Origin: Octopus sinensis
Lineage: Eukaryota
DNA: 64,000 nucleotides
Assembly (NCBI RefSeq): GCF_006345805.1
Contig: NC_043015.1
Coordinates: forward strand, 47,864,001-47,928,000
Reading direction: 5' to 3'
In this document: positions 1 through 11,509 of the stretch, piece by piece
Layout: each line of letters opens with the position of its first letter
How positions within the stretch are numbered: the first letter of the stretch is position 1
Program-made: the position numbers and the translations under genes
The notes under the pieces: model-generated
The model's input: only the letters and a program-made list of their open reading frames with translations
Database searches by the model: none
Told to the model about the DNA's origin: nothing

Positions 1-385
1 GCTGGATGCCCTTCCTAACGCCAACCACTCCGCGAGTGTAGTGGGTGTTTTTTACGTGCCACCTGCACAGGTGCCAGAGGGGTCTGGCATCGGCCACATA
101 TATATATATGTATGATATAGGGTAAAGAATCATTAATTTATTAATAATTCTTAAATAATTGTTTACCCTGTATCTATAATGATAATTCACTCCCTGTTAG
201 TAAATTGCAGTTTTTCTGTGTTACTGCTTGTAACAAGGTTGTAACAAGGTTGAACAAGGACAGATACGGAATTACTCATTACTCATCTATATAAATTCGG
301 AAATGCTGCCTCTTATGTTATGTTCAATGTCGCTTGATTGAGCATGCATGCGTTTGTTAGCATTTTCAGATTTATAATCTAGAAT

Positions 386-444
386 ATCACGCTGAAGAAG
401 GGAATGAATTTTACACCATTCTAATCCCGAAACGCATACATGAT
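386..444 (+). ncRNA. Minimal type I hammerhead ribozyme motif (Penelope-like terminus), degenerate
   Basis: ATCACG-CTGAAGA-A-GGGA...TCCC-GAAA-CGCAT-A-CATGAT. Stem I is ATCACG/CATGAT, stem II GGGA/TCCC, and stem III is the palindrome ACGC(G>A)T. Both mismatches look like CpG decay. Confidence 0.65.
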
Positions 445-648
445 TAACTAAGCCTGGTTGATTTCGTTATTTTTTCTCCTTTTAGCTTATGTAAGTTACA
501 AGTATTACTGTCTGTTGTGATATATTGTTGAAGAATTACTAGTTTTAACTGCTATTTCTAAATTTTGGTATGTGGTGAAGCAATTTTTGCTGATCCCTTG
601 TGTGTGTGTATATAATGTATACATTGTGTGTGTGTTATATATGTATAC

Positions 649-689
<41 letters not shown>

Positions 690-701
<12 letters not shown>

Positions 702-790
702 ATACCTGTATATATATATATGTATGTATATACCTGTATATATATATATGTATGTATATACCTGTATATATATATGTATGTATATACCTG

Positions 791-821
<31 letters not shown>

Positions 822-1010
822 GTATGTATATACCTGTATTATATATATATATATATATGTATGTATATACCTGTATATATATATGTATTGTATATACCTG
901 TATATAATATATGTATGTATATACCTGTATATATATATATGTATGTATATACCTGTAATATATATATATATATAATGTATATATATATATGTATGTATAT
1001 ACCTGTATAT
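690..1010. repeat. Microsatellite-derived minisatellite, unit about GTATGTATATACCTGTA(TA)n
   Basis: About 10 copies with variable TA length. Similar higher-order arrays at about 34390-34690 and 49870-50190. Confidence 0.85.
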
Positions 1011-2118
1011 ATATATATATAATATATATATATGTATGTATGTAATGTGTGTATATATATATATATGTGTGTGTGTGTATATATGTGTGTGTGTGTATAT
1101 ATATGTGTGTGTGTGTATTTATATGTGTGTGTGTATATATATATGTTTGTGTATATCTATATGTATATGTCAGTATAGAAACACTTTCAAATATTTGTCT
1201 ATTAGAAAATATTTATACTTTGTTTATTCTGTTTAATTCTATTAAACAAAAATTTTGATTCGTATTGATTGATATATAAAAAAACAAAGATAAGCAAGGT
1301 ATTTAAAATTTAAATTGAAAATAATTAGCAAATACACATTAATTTTAAATTTAATTTAAACATATTTTGACAATAACTTTCACTTTATTGAGAATTTGTG
1401 ATGAAAGTTTTTCGTGTTAATATGTCATGTAGTTGTCTGGGCCAACATTTTATAGTTTTCTAAAGAAATTTCTCATAAACTCCTTATCCTCAACAGATTA
1501 ACTTTAATACTGTGTTTCTTTCTCAGAATAATTAATAAACAAGCTTCTTACTTAGAAATGAGGAGAAATGAGATTATTTTTAGATCCCTGCTACAGCTTG
1601 AAATAACTGCATTCTCCTGTAACAATGGTCGTGAGGTGTTAGCAGCTGTACCTAATTTCTTTATTTTCAACCAATGACACTTGTAAAGCTTTAAACCTCT
1701 TTCTTCCTAACACTCACCTGCTGGCCTTAGTATCATAGTAACAAGCACATATCAGGCATTCGCTATACAATAAGTCCCACAGCTGATGGTCTGCTAACCG
1801 TTGATTGACAGCACATTTTTATATGCAAAATATAACACAATGTTTACAATATCAAAAGTTGTTTAATAACAATGCTGCTAATAAGTAAATTGCTTACAAT
1901 CATTTTTTCATGTTCTCTAGAGAACTAGTTTTCCAGAAGGAAACCCAACTACAAACTTCAGCTAAAGTTTGTTTAAATGGAAAGAAAGTCCATGCATATA
2001 TTTGCATTCAACTCGTTAACAGTTCTGCTGTTTTTGTTTCCTAACCTGGCTTTCCAACTGAAATATATTTGATATCTGGTTTGCGTCGTGATTTACACAA
2101 GCAACAGGTATTTACACC

Positions 2119-2188
2119 ATGGAAAATAAATGTGAACAAAAGACGTTTGCTGAAGCGTTTGCCTTACAAAACTGTGTTGCTACGAGTG
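2119..2188 (+). CDS. Candidate first coding exon of the kazrin-like gene
   Basis: ATG in ACACCATGG context, MENKCEQKTFAEAFALQNCVATS, then a consensus donor G|GTGAGT at phase 1 that fits the phase-1 exon at 51157. Lies in a repeat-poor island. No recognised homology. Confidence 0.35.
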
Positions 2189-2969
2189 GTGAGTATATCT
2201 ATATCGATTGAAATAGGAAGCTAATTTTTTTTCCAGCATGTTTTACCTATAAACAAGTTTACTTGTCATCCGGTAGAAGACAAAAGAAAGAAAAATTAAA
2301 TGATTAACTGAACATTTAAGGAATATGTAACTTTTATACAGTTCTTTTCTTGCTGGTGTCATATTAACCACAATTAACTGTAAAAACATTGCTACATTTA
2401 TGCACATGTGTGTGTGATGCATAGGACTTAGTAGGAAACACTTTTGTTATACAACCTGGTTTATCAAAGTTTGTATTCCTTGTGTTAAACTAATATATGA
2501 GTGTCCAAGTCATGAATGCAATTTTCATAGTTAAAGATATGTGCTGTAGTAATATAACAAATGTAATTATAATAACAATATATACATGTGCCAAAGGCCA
2601 GTTTAACTGTGAAGTGGCAATTGCTTTAGTTTCAACACTTAATCCCACGTGAAATCATTTACCAAACAAATAAAGCTCAGGGAAAATTAATACTTATAAA
2701 GTAGGGCTGGCCTTGATACATCTTTCAATTTGAAGGAATAATTGGATAGCCATTGGTGGGACTTGTATATAATAATAGTTTTTGTGGTTGTATGGATTTT
2801 TATAGACAATAACTTTTCTCTCAATATTTATAATTTGCTTACTGACACTGAAAAGACTATATGAGCTAGTCATGGGAAACTTTTTGAAGAGAAAAAATGC
2901 AGGGAAAAGCTAATAATGACAATTAAAGTAACAGACGGACTCATAGTTGAGTGCCTGAGTAGCACGTTA

Positions 2970-3052
2970 TAGCTCTGATGAAGCTATAAAGTGTTACTCA
3001 GACACTCGACTATGAGTCCACTACATCTTGTAGCAGAAACAGCTGTAAGCTA
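2970..3052 (+). ncRNA. Minimal type I hammerhead ribozyme motif with long stem II insert
   Basis: TAGCT-CTGATGA-A-GCTA...TAGC-A-GAAA-CAGCTGT-A-AGCTA. Stem I has 5 bp, stem III is the palindrome ACAGCTGT, and the cleavage triplet is GUA. There is an extra A before GAAA. Confidence 0.6.
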
Positions 3053-3194
3053 AAGAAGTTAATAAGATAATCATTTATTCTTTTCTAATCTCATATTCTT
3101 ATTACCGTTCTCTACTCCATTAATGCTTTGATCTGAAGCATTGTATATTGAGTTCTACACCAGCTTATTAATATCACAATTGCCAAGTGAAATA

Positions 3195-3238
<44 letters not shown>

Positions 3239-3251
3239 TATATATATATGC

Positions 3252-3282
<31 letters not shown>

Positions 3283-3364
3283 ATATATATATTATATATA
3301 TATATATATAATATGCATACATATACATGTACATACACACACATATATATGCATATATATATAC

Positions 3365-3395
<31 letters not shown>

Positions 3396-3435
3396 TAATA
3401 TATATATATATATATGCATACATATACATGTACAT

Positions 3436-3471
<36 letters not shown>

Positions 3472-3632
3472 GCATACATATACATGTACATACACACATA
3501 TATATATATATTATATATAGATAGATACATACCTGTACATGTATATATTTATATATATTTTACATAAATATGTATTACATATATATATTTAGATACATAC
3601 ATATACATGTGTATATATATATAATATATATA

Positions 3633-3833
3633 CAGGGTGTCCCAGAAGTTGCGTACCACCCTGGTTTTTTTAAAAGAACACACCCTTATTGATTTCAAAA
3701 ACACTTTATTGAAATTAATCGTAACAAATGCTCAAATTGAGCACCCTCTACAATAAAACATGCAGAAAAAATATAATAAAATATAATGCTTTAATTATTT
3801 TAAATGAAAACCAAAATGGTGTGCAACTTCTGG
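3633..3833 (-). mobile_element. Tc1/mariner-superfamily non-autonomous element
   Basis: Begins TA|CAGGGTGTCCCAGAAGTTGC, with a partial inverted end (GCAACTTCTGG) running into a TA microsatellite. The - strand encodes EGAQFEHLL, a typical transposase C-terminal motif. Confidence 0.55.
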
Positions 3834-3865
3834 TATATATATATATTTAGATACATACATATACA

Positions 3866-3912
<47 letters not shown>

Positions 3913-4132
3913 ATTTATATTTAGATACATACATAAACATGGATATATATATATATATATATATAGATAGATTGATAGAAATAGATATATATTTAGATAC
4001 ATATACATGCATATATTTATATACATATATATATATAGATATATATATATATATTTAGATACATACATATACATGCATATATATATATATATTTAGATAC
4101 ATACATATACATGCATATATTTATATACATAT

Positions 4133-4186
<54 letters not shown>

Positions 4187-4420
4187 ATTAATTTGAAGAA
4201 AAGAGCAGTCAAGTTGATGTTATGATCATTTCCATAAATGAATATCGTTTATCCCACACCACAAAGTTATGCAATAAATGCATGCAAAATACACAACATA
4301 TGTAGCAACGTTACTGCTCATTTATTTCCTCTGAGGAAGTAAATATTAAGTACTATTGCAGATGTCACATGTATTGCATAACTTTATATGTGGTATTGAA
4401 TAAACAACATTCATATATTA

Positions 4421-4824
4421 CTCTTTTACTTGTTTCAGTCATTTGACTGTGGCCATGCTGGAGCACCGCCTTTAATTGAGCAACTCGACCCCAGGACTTA
4501 TTCTTTGTAAGCCTAGTAGTACTTATTCTATCGGTCTCTTTTGCCGAACCGCTAAGTGACGGGGACATAAACACACCAGCATCAATTGTCAAGCAATGCT
4601 AGGGGGACAAACACAGACACACAAACATACACGCACACATATATATATATATACATTTATACGATGGGCTTCTTTCAGTTTCCGTCTACCAAATCCACTC
4701 ACAGGGCTTTGGTCGGCCCGGGGCTATAGCAGAAGACACTTGCCCAAAGTATCACGCAGTGAGACTGAACCCGGAACCATGTGGTTGGTAAGCAAGCTAC
4801 TTACCACACAGCCACTCCTGCGCC
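4421..4824 (-). mobile_element. tRNA-derived SINE, family A (about 400 bp, internal TA/CA microsatellite)
   Basis: Head GGCGCAGGAGTGGCTGTGTGG (A box) ... GGTTCAGTC (B box), tail AAGTAAAAGAG. Roughly 20 full or partial copies in the window. Confidence 0.85.
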
Positions 4825-5145
4825 TATGTAAACAATGTAAACATGTAAAAATATGTAAACAATCATAACATCAACTTGACTTCTCATTTCCACATTTAAA
4901 TTAATTATATTTCACACTGTGCAGCTCATAGCATGCCTACAAATAACACCTTAGATTTGCAAGGTGCTCCATTTTATCATTCGTGGATGGTATAACTGGT
5001 ATTCTATTTGGTACTGGAATATCATGCTGGCCAGGTTCCTACATGAAGTGCTGATGAGGTGACAGACTGAATCATGATTTTCCTTCTATTTTCAAATAGT
5101 GTCTCCATCTCTACATGACCAACACAATTAGCAGCCAAAATATAG

Positions 5146-5738
5146 GGCGGCGAGCTGGCAGAAACGTTAGCACGCCGGGTGAAATGCGTAGCTGTATTTC
5201 GTCTGCCGTTACGTTCTGAGTTCAAATTCCGCTGAGGTCGACTTTGCCTTTCATCCTTTCGGGGTCGATAAATTAAGTACCAGTTACGCACTGGGGTCGA
5301 TGTAATCAACTTAATCTGTGTGTCTCTCCTTGTTTGTCCCCTCTATGTTTAACCCCTTGTGGGTAATAAAGAAATAGGTATTTCGTCTGCCGTTACGTTC
5401 TGAGTTCAAATTCCGCCATGGTCGACTTTCATCCTTTCGGGGGCGATAAATTAAGTACCAGTTATGCACTGGGGTCGATATAATCGACTTAATCTGTTTG
5501 CCTGTCCTTGTTTATCCTCTCTGTGTTTAGCCCCTTGTGGGTAGTAAATAAACAGGTATTTCGTCTGCCGTTACGTTCTGAGTTCAAATTCCACCAAGGT
5601 CGACTTTACCTTTCATCCTTTTGGGGTTGATAAATTGAGTACCAGTTACGCACTGGGGTCGATGTAATCAACTTAATCCGTTTGTCTGTCCTTGTTTGTC
5701 CCCTCTGTGTTTAGCCCCTTGTGGGCAATAAAGAAATA
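5146..5738 (+). mobile_element. SINE family B trimer flanked by a 17-bp target-site duplication
   Basis: Head GGCGGCGAGCTGGCAGAAACG, three bodies joined at 5377/5378 and 5555/5556. TSD AATTAGCAGCCAAAATA at 5126-5142 and 5739-5755. Confidence 0.88.
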
Positions 5739-6028
5739 AATTAGCAGCCAAAATACTTCCACTGTGTCTGAATTCCTTGGAAAGAACTTACAGGAATTTT
5801 AATTAATTAAACATGAATTTAAAATGTACTAAGTTGGACTGTAATCATGTGTGTACGTATTTATCTGTCCTGAAATCTAATCGTCCATGTACATTAAATA
5901 TTCAGACAAAAGATATTCGAAAGAAAACCAGGCTTCATTTCCCAGCTGATAATTGGAAACAAGTAAGTCCAAAGTACTGGAAATCAGAGTCTTTCGGTTA
6001 TAATGTATTAAGGAATACTCTACATTTA

Positions 6029-6178
6029 TGTGGCTGTGTGGTAAGAAGCTTGCTTCCAACCACATGGTTCTGGGTTCAGTCCTGCTGCATGGCACCTTGG
6101 GCAAGTGTCTTCTACAGCCTTGGGCCAACCAAAGCTTTGTGAGTTGATTTGGTAGAGAGAAACTGAAAGAAGCCAGTC

Positions 6179-6213
<35 letters not shown>

Positions 6214-6585
6214 GTGTGTGTGTGTGTATATCAAAATTGAAATCAATCAACATCAATGGAAATTGTAGCTGTGATACCAGTGCCAGTGGCACGTAAGAAA
6301 ACCATCTGAACAGAGCCGTTGCCAGTGCCGCCCTGACTGGCCTCCGTGCCAGTGGCACGTATAAAGCAACATCCGATCGTGGCCGTTTGCCAACCTTGTC
6401 TGGCACGTAAAAAGCACCCAATACACTCACGGAGTGGTTGGCGTTAGGAAGGGCATCCAGCTGTAGAAACACTGCCAGATCAGACTGGGCCTGGTGCAGC
6501 CTTCTGGCTTCCCAGACCCCAGTTGAACCATCCAACCCATGCTAGCATGGAAAGCAGATGTTAAACGATGATGATAATGATGATG
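6029..6585 (+). mobile_element. SINE A 5' half followed by a family C element with a (GAT)n tail
   Basis: Family A head to about 6180, TA/TG repeat, then ...GTTGGCGTTAGGAAGGGCATCCAGCTGTAGAAA...GTTAAACGATGATGAT. Confidence 0.75.
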
Positions 6586-6880
6586 ATATATTTATATATA
6601 TATATAATATATATATATATACTGATCAGTATGTTCTGTCACAGCGTTCGATTTTTATGAATTCTTAAATTTTTATGAATTCTTAAACAACTCTCTTATA
6701 AATCCTTTAGATTAATTCTGATGAGAGAAACATGGATGATTGTTATGTTTGGGATTAACTCGCCCATACCAACCTCTATCTTCCCGAAACGGCCGTCAGA
6801 CTTTGCACCTGCTCAAGATTCCTTTTAAAATCATTTTATACCAACTTTCTCATCTATTTGCATTTTCTGCTATACTCATT

Positions 6881-7078
6881 TACTCTTTTACTTGTTTCAG
6901 TCATTTGACTGCGGCCATGCTGGAGCACTGCCTTTAATCGAGCAACTCGACCCCGGGACTTATTCTCTTGTAAGCCCAGTACTTATTTTATCAGTCTCTT
7001 TTGCTGAACCGCTAAGTAATGGGGACATAAACACACCAGCATCGGTTGTCAAGCAATGCTAGGGGGACAGACACACAA

Positions 7079-7115
<37 letters not shown>

Positions 7116-7280
7116 CGATGGGCTTCTTTTCAGTTTCCGTCTACCATATCCACTCACAAGGCTTTGGTCGGCCCGAGGCTATAGTAGAAGACACTTGCCC
7201 AAGGTGCCACACAGTGGGACTGAACCCGGAACCATGTGGTTGGTAGGCAAGCTACTTACCACACAGCCACTCCTGCGCCT
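6881..7280 (-). mobile_element. SINE family A, full length
   Basis: Same head, body and tail as 4421-4824. Confidence 0.85.
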
Positions 7281-7594
7281 ATTTTCACCATCCGCATATT
7301 TTAATATCCTCATTGATTTTAATACGGGCATACAACCTCACAAGTGCATCTATGCATTTTTATATATTTATATATTTATAAATTCTTATATTATATCTTG
7401 TGTATATGAATGCACCTATGTATGCTATGGAGTATTCCACCACTTTGAAATATATTGAGTGAATATGAACACTGACCTTTGAAATTTGTTCTCTCTTTCT
7501 TGGTTTTATGTTCCTGAGGCCCTATTAGAGCGCTAATTAGTTGTGCTGTGTAAGGGAATAATTATCCCATTTATTTCTTCATTATATATAATGA

Positions 7595-7908
7595 AGATTG
7601 GGATTGCACCTAGATAGTTACCCTCCCAGGCACAAGTCCAGGCAAGGTCATTTATGGAAGACCAGCAGTCGCCCATGCATACCAGCCACCCCTCTCCACG
7701 CCACCAGTGTTATCCAAGGGAAAGGCAAAGGGGCTGATACAGCTTGGCACCTGTGACGTCGCAACTCATTTTTTCTACAGCTGAGTGAAGTGGAGCAATG
7801 TGAAATAAAGTGTCTTGCTCAAGAGCACAACACGCAGCCCTATCCGGGATTCAAGCTCACAACCTCAAGATCATAAGCTTGACGCTCTAACCACTGAGCT
7901 ATGCGCCT
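7595..7908 (-). mobile_element. tRNA-derived SINE family D
   Basis: Reverse complement of the copy at 23680. Head GGCGCATAGCTCAGTGGTTAGAGCG, with a CORE-like block CTTGAGCAAGACACTT. Confidence 0.75.
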
Positions 7909-7914
7909 TCATAT

Positions 7915-9259
7915 ATATATATATACATATGAGAGGGTTGACTACTATATGGACAACCCTTATGCTAGAAGTAGATCCGCTATGGTCTAACCACTAAGAA
8001 ATGTTCTCAAGAAAAATGGTAAGACCAGAGTGGATCTACTTCTAGCATAAGGGTTGTCCACATAGTGGTCATCCCTCTCGTGTATATAATACAATTTTAC
8101 TGAACCTTCAGATTTTTATATGCTAGACCACTGGTGTGAAATTGATGTTAATTAAATTAATATCAAATTTCTCACCCTCATTTTAAATTTTATATATATA
8201 CAGGAGTGGCTGTGTGGTAAGTAGCTTGCTTACCAACCACATGGTTCTGGGTTCAGTCCCACTGTGTGGCACCTTGGGCAAGTGTCTTCTACTATAGCCT
8301 CGGGCCGACCAAAGCCTTGTGAGTGTATTTGGTAGACGGAAACTGAAAGAAGCCCGTCGTATATATGTATATGTATATGTGTGTGTGTGTTTGTGTGTCT
8401 GTGTTTGTCCCCCCAACATCGCTTGGCAACCGATGCTGGCGTCTTTGTGTCTCTGTAACTTAGCAGTTCAGCAAAAGAGACCATTAGAATAAGTACTAGG
8501 CTTACAAAGAATAAGTCCTGGAGTCAATTTGCTCGACTAAAGGCGGTGCTCCAGCATGGCTGCAGTCAATGACTTAAAACAAGTAAAAGAAAGATATATA
8601 TATACATATGAGAGGGTTGACTACTATATGGACAACCCTTATGCTAGAAGTAGATCCGCTATGGTCTAACCACTAAGAAATGTTCTCAAGAAAAATGGTA
8701 AGACCAGAGTGGATCTACTTCTAGCATAAGGGTTGTCCACATAGTGGTCATCCCTCTCGTGTATATAATACAATTTTACTGAACCTTCAGATTTTTATAT
8801 GCTAGACCACTGGTGTGAAATTGATGTTAATTAAATTAATATCAAATTTCTCACCCTCATTTTAAATTTTATATATATACAGGAGTGGCTGTGTGGTAAG
8901 TAGCTTGCTTACCAACCACATGGTTCTGGGTTCAGTCCCACTGTGTGGCACCTTGGGCAAGTGTCTTCTACTATAGCCTCGGGCCGACCAAAGCCTTGTG
9001 AGTGTATTTGGTAGACGGAAACTGAAAGAAGCCCGTCGTATATATGTATATGTATATGTGTGTCTGTGTTTGTCCCCCCAACATCGCTTGGCAACCGATG
9101 CTGGCGTCTTTGTGTCTCTGTAACTTAGCAGTTCAGCAAAAGAGACCATTAGAATAAGTACTAGGCTTACAAAGAATAAGTCCTGGAGTCAATTTGCTCG
9201 ACTAAAGGCGGTGCTCCAGCATGGCTGCAGTCAAATGACTTAAAACAAGTAAAAGAAAG

Positions 9260-9260
<1 letters not shown>
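7915..9260 (+). repeat. Tandem duplication of about 680 bp (fold-back MITE plus SINE A, twice)
   Basis: Two near-identical units with a 679-bp offset, bounded by TA repeats. SINE A copies at 8201-8594 and 8880-9260. Confidence 0.9.
7930..8080. mobile_element. Fold-back MITE with about 60-bp inverted arms; second copy at about 8609-8759
   Basis: GAGAGGGTTGACTACTATATGGACAACCCTTATGCTAGAAGTAGATCC...GGTCT and its reverse complement, separated by about 33 bp, in a TA context. Confidence 0.65.
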
Positions 9261-9306
<46 letters not shown>

Positions 9307-10618
9307 ATATAATTTCTATTATAGACACACGGACTGAATTTTTTGGTGGGAGGGGACTAGTCGATTAAATCAACCCTAGTTTTCAACTGGTACTTATTTT
9401 GTCAACCCTGAAAGGGATGAAAGGCATATATATATATATATATATATGCTCCCGAGTATGACAGGTTCAAAAAGAAACTATGTCCAGCCACTCAAAATTA
9501 AGTACTCAAAGACAGGTCTGAGAGTGAATATATTATTTAATCTATAATCAGTAATCCAACAAAATATATTCTGTTTCTTCTGTGACTCTTCAGGAAGTTC
9601 CCAATTACGGATTAAATATATATTGTGAATATTTCTATTCATATATACATACACATACATTTGTTATGCATATTTTAATATTTAGTTTAATGTTGAAGAG
9701 GAACATATGTTTTAACTAATTAATCCCTTTCATTAAAGTTTGCTGCAATTAAATTAATTCAAAAGGCTTAATATTTATCACATGTATATTTTCCGCAAGT
9801 ACCAAAAGCTGTGTGTATAAGTGCATGTATGTATGTTTGTGTGTATATGTGTTTGTGTATATATGTATGTATTAGTGTATACTTGTGTGTCTGTGTATAT
9901 ATTTGTTATATGTGTGTTTGTGTACATGTCTTTGTGTGTGTATGTGTGTGCAACTTTTGTATTAAGACAGCCTGTGTGTGTGAGTAATTGTGAATCACTT
10001 GACATACATTTAATAAACAAACATAAATTCGGCATTGCTCACAGGTAAATCAACCTTGTGGTTAAAACTACAGGGTTGCCTCACTGTAGGATGAACCTGA
10101 CTACGACTTGACTACTTGGGACTGTCTGCTTTTGTTTGTTCTAGCAAACAACTTGCTGTTTATGGAAAATGCTTTGAATAATGGACACCAATTTTTCTTA
10201 GCCCAATGTGTCTACATGTGCCTGAATGTGACTTTAAAATTCAACACACACACTCTCTCTCTCTCTCTTTCTTTCTCTCTCTCTCTTTCTTTCTATCTCT
10301 CTCTTTCTCTATCTCTCTTTTTCTTTCTCTCTCGCTCTTTCTTTTTCTCTCCCTCTCTCTCTCTCTCTCTCTCTCCCTCTCTCCCACAGTTCACTTATCT
10401 AATGCACACAGCCAGTGAATGTACAGATATACAAATGAGTAAACTCAGCTAATGTGGTATTTCCCATTTTTTAAGCTGAAACGTGCTTCCTTCTTCTCTC
10501 ACAAACAAATGTGTAGACACTCATAATGCCGCAGTAATAACCAGTCAAAACTTCTTAACTTGTTGAGCATTTCTCGTCACCATCATCATTTAACATCCCA
10601 TTTTCCATGCCGGTGGTA

Positions 10619-10785
10619 TATAATAATAATAATAATAATAATTGTGTACAGTGCTCAGGTGCACTACAACTCATCTAAAGTGTATATATAATCAGGTGTA
10701 GTTTCGGCGGATTTCGGAAAGCATGAGGGCCTTAAAGGATGCAGTGTCATGGCAGTCAACAACTGACGCAGGCAGTTTATTCATG
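10619..10785 (-). mobile_element. CR1-type LINE 3' end with (ATT)n tail, short 3' UTR variant
   Basis: The - strand encodes NKLPASVVDCHDTASFKALMLSEIRRNYT* and ends GGTGCACCTGAGCACTGT-like plus the tail. Homologous to 16460-16848. Confidence 0.75.
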
Positions 10786-10835
10786 TTAGGGGGTTTCACT
10801 GGAGCTGGTAAGGCTGTCTGTTTTGGCATGGTTTC

Positions 10836-11505
10836 TTATTTCTTTATTACCCACAAGGGGCTAAACATAGAGGGGACAAACAAGGACAGATAAAGGGATT
10901 AAGTCGATTACATTGATCCCAGTGCGTAACTGGTACTTAATTTATATATGAAGGCGGCAAGCTGGCAGAAACGTTAGCACGCCGGGCGAAATGCGTAGCC
11001 GTATTCCATCTGCCGTTACGTTCTGAGTTCAAATTCCGCCGAGGTCGACTTTACCTTTCATCCTTTTGGGGTCGATAAATTAAGTACCAGTCATGACTGG
11101 GGTCGATGTAATCGACTTATTCCGTTTGTCTGTCCTTGTTTGTCCTCTCTGTGTTTAGCCCCTTGTGGGTAGTAAAAAAATAGGTACTTAATTTATTCAC
11201 CCCGAAAGCATGAAAGGCAAAGTCGACCTTGGCGGAATTTGAACTCTGACACAAAGCAGCAGACAAAATATCTATTTCTTTACTACCCACAAGGGGCTAA
11301 ATACAGAGGGGACAAACAAGGACGGACAAAGGGATTAAGTCGATTATATCGACTCCAGTGCTTAACTGGTACTTATTTAATCGACCCTGAAAGCATGAAA
11401 GGCAAAGTCAATCTCGACGCAATTTGAACTCAGAACGTAATGGCAGACGAAATACGGCTACGCACTTTGCTCGGCGTGCTAACGTTTCTGCCAGCTCACC
11501 GCCTT
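10836..11505 (-). mobile_element. SINE B dimer containing a nested + strand SINE B (about 10950-11182)
   Basis: Outer TSD TGTTTTGG(C/T)ATGGTTT at 10819-10835 and 11509-11525. Inner TSD GGTACTTAATTTAT at 10932-10945 and 11183-11196. Confidence 0.85.
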
Positions 11506-11509
11506 TTTT

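Noticed and set aside
600-4074. Long Y/I/C/V/M/T/H-rich ORFs here and at 31190-31528, 34618-35124, 46612-48956 and 49806-50247
   Set aside because: They are translations of TA, CA and TACA microsatellites.
5146-5738. CRISPR-like regular repeats
   Set aside because: The units are about 180-bp SINE bodies with no unique spacers or cas genes, in a eukaryotic context.
4365-8484. Recurrent peptides such as QIHSQGFGRPEAIVEDTCPRCH
   Set aside because: They recur because SINE A recurs; no conserved start or frame.
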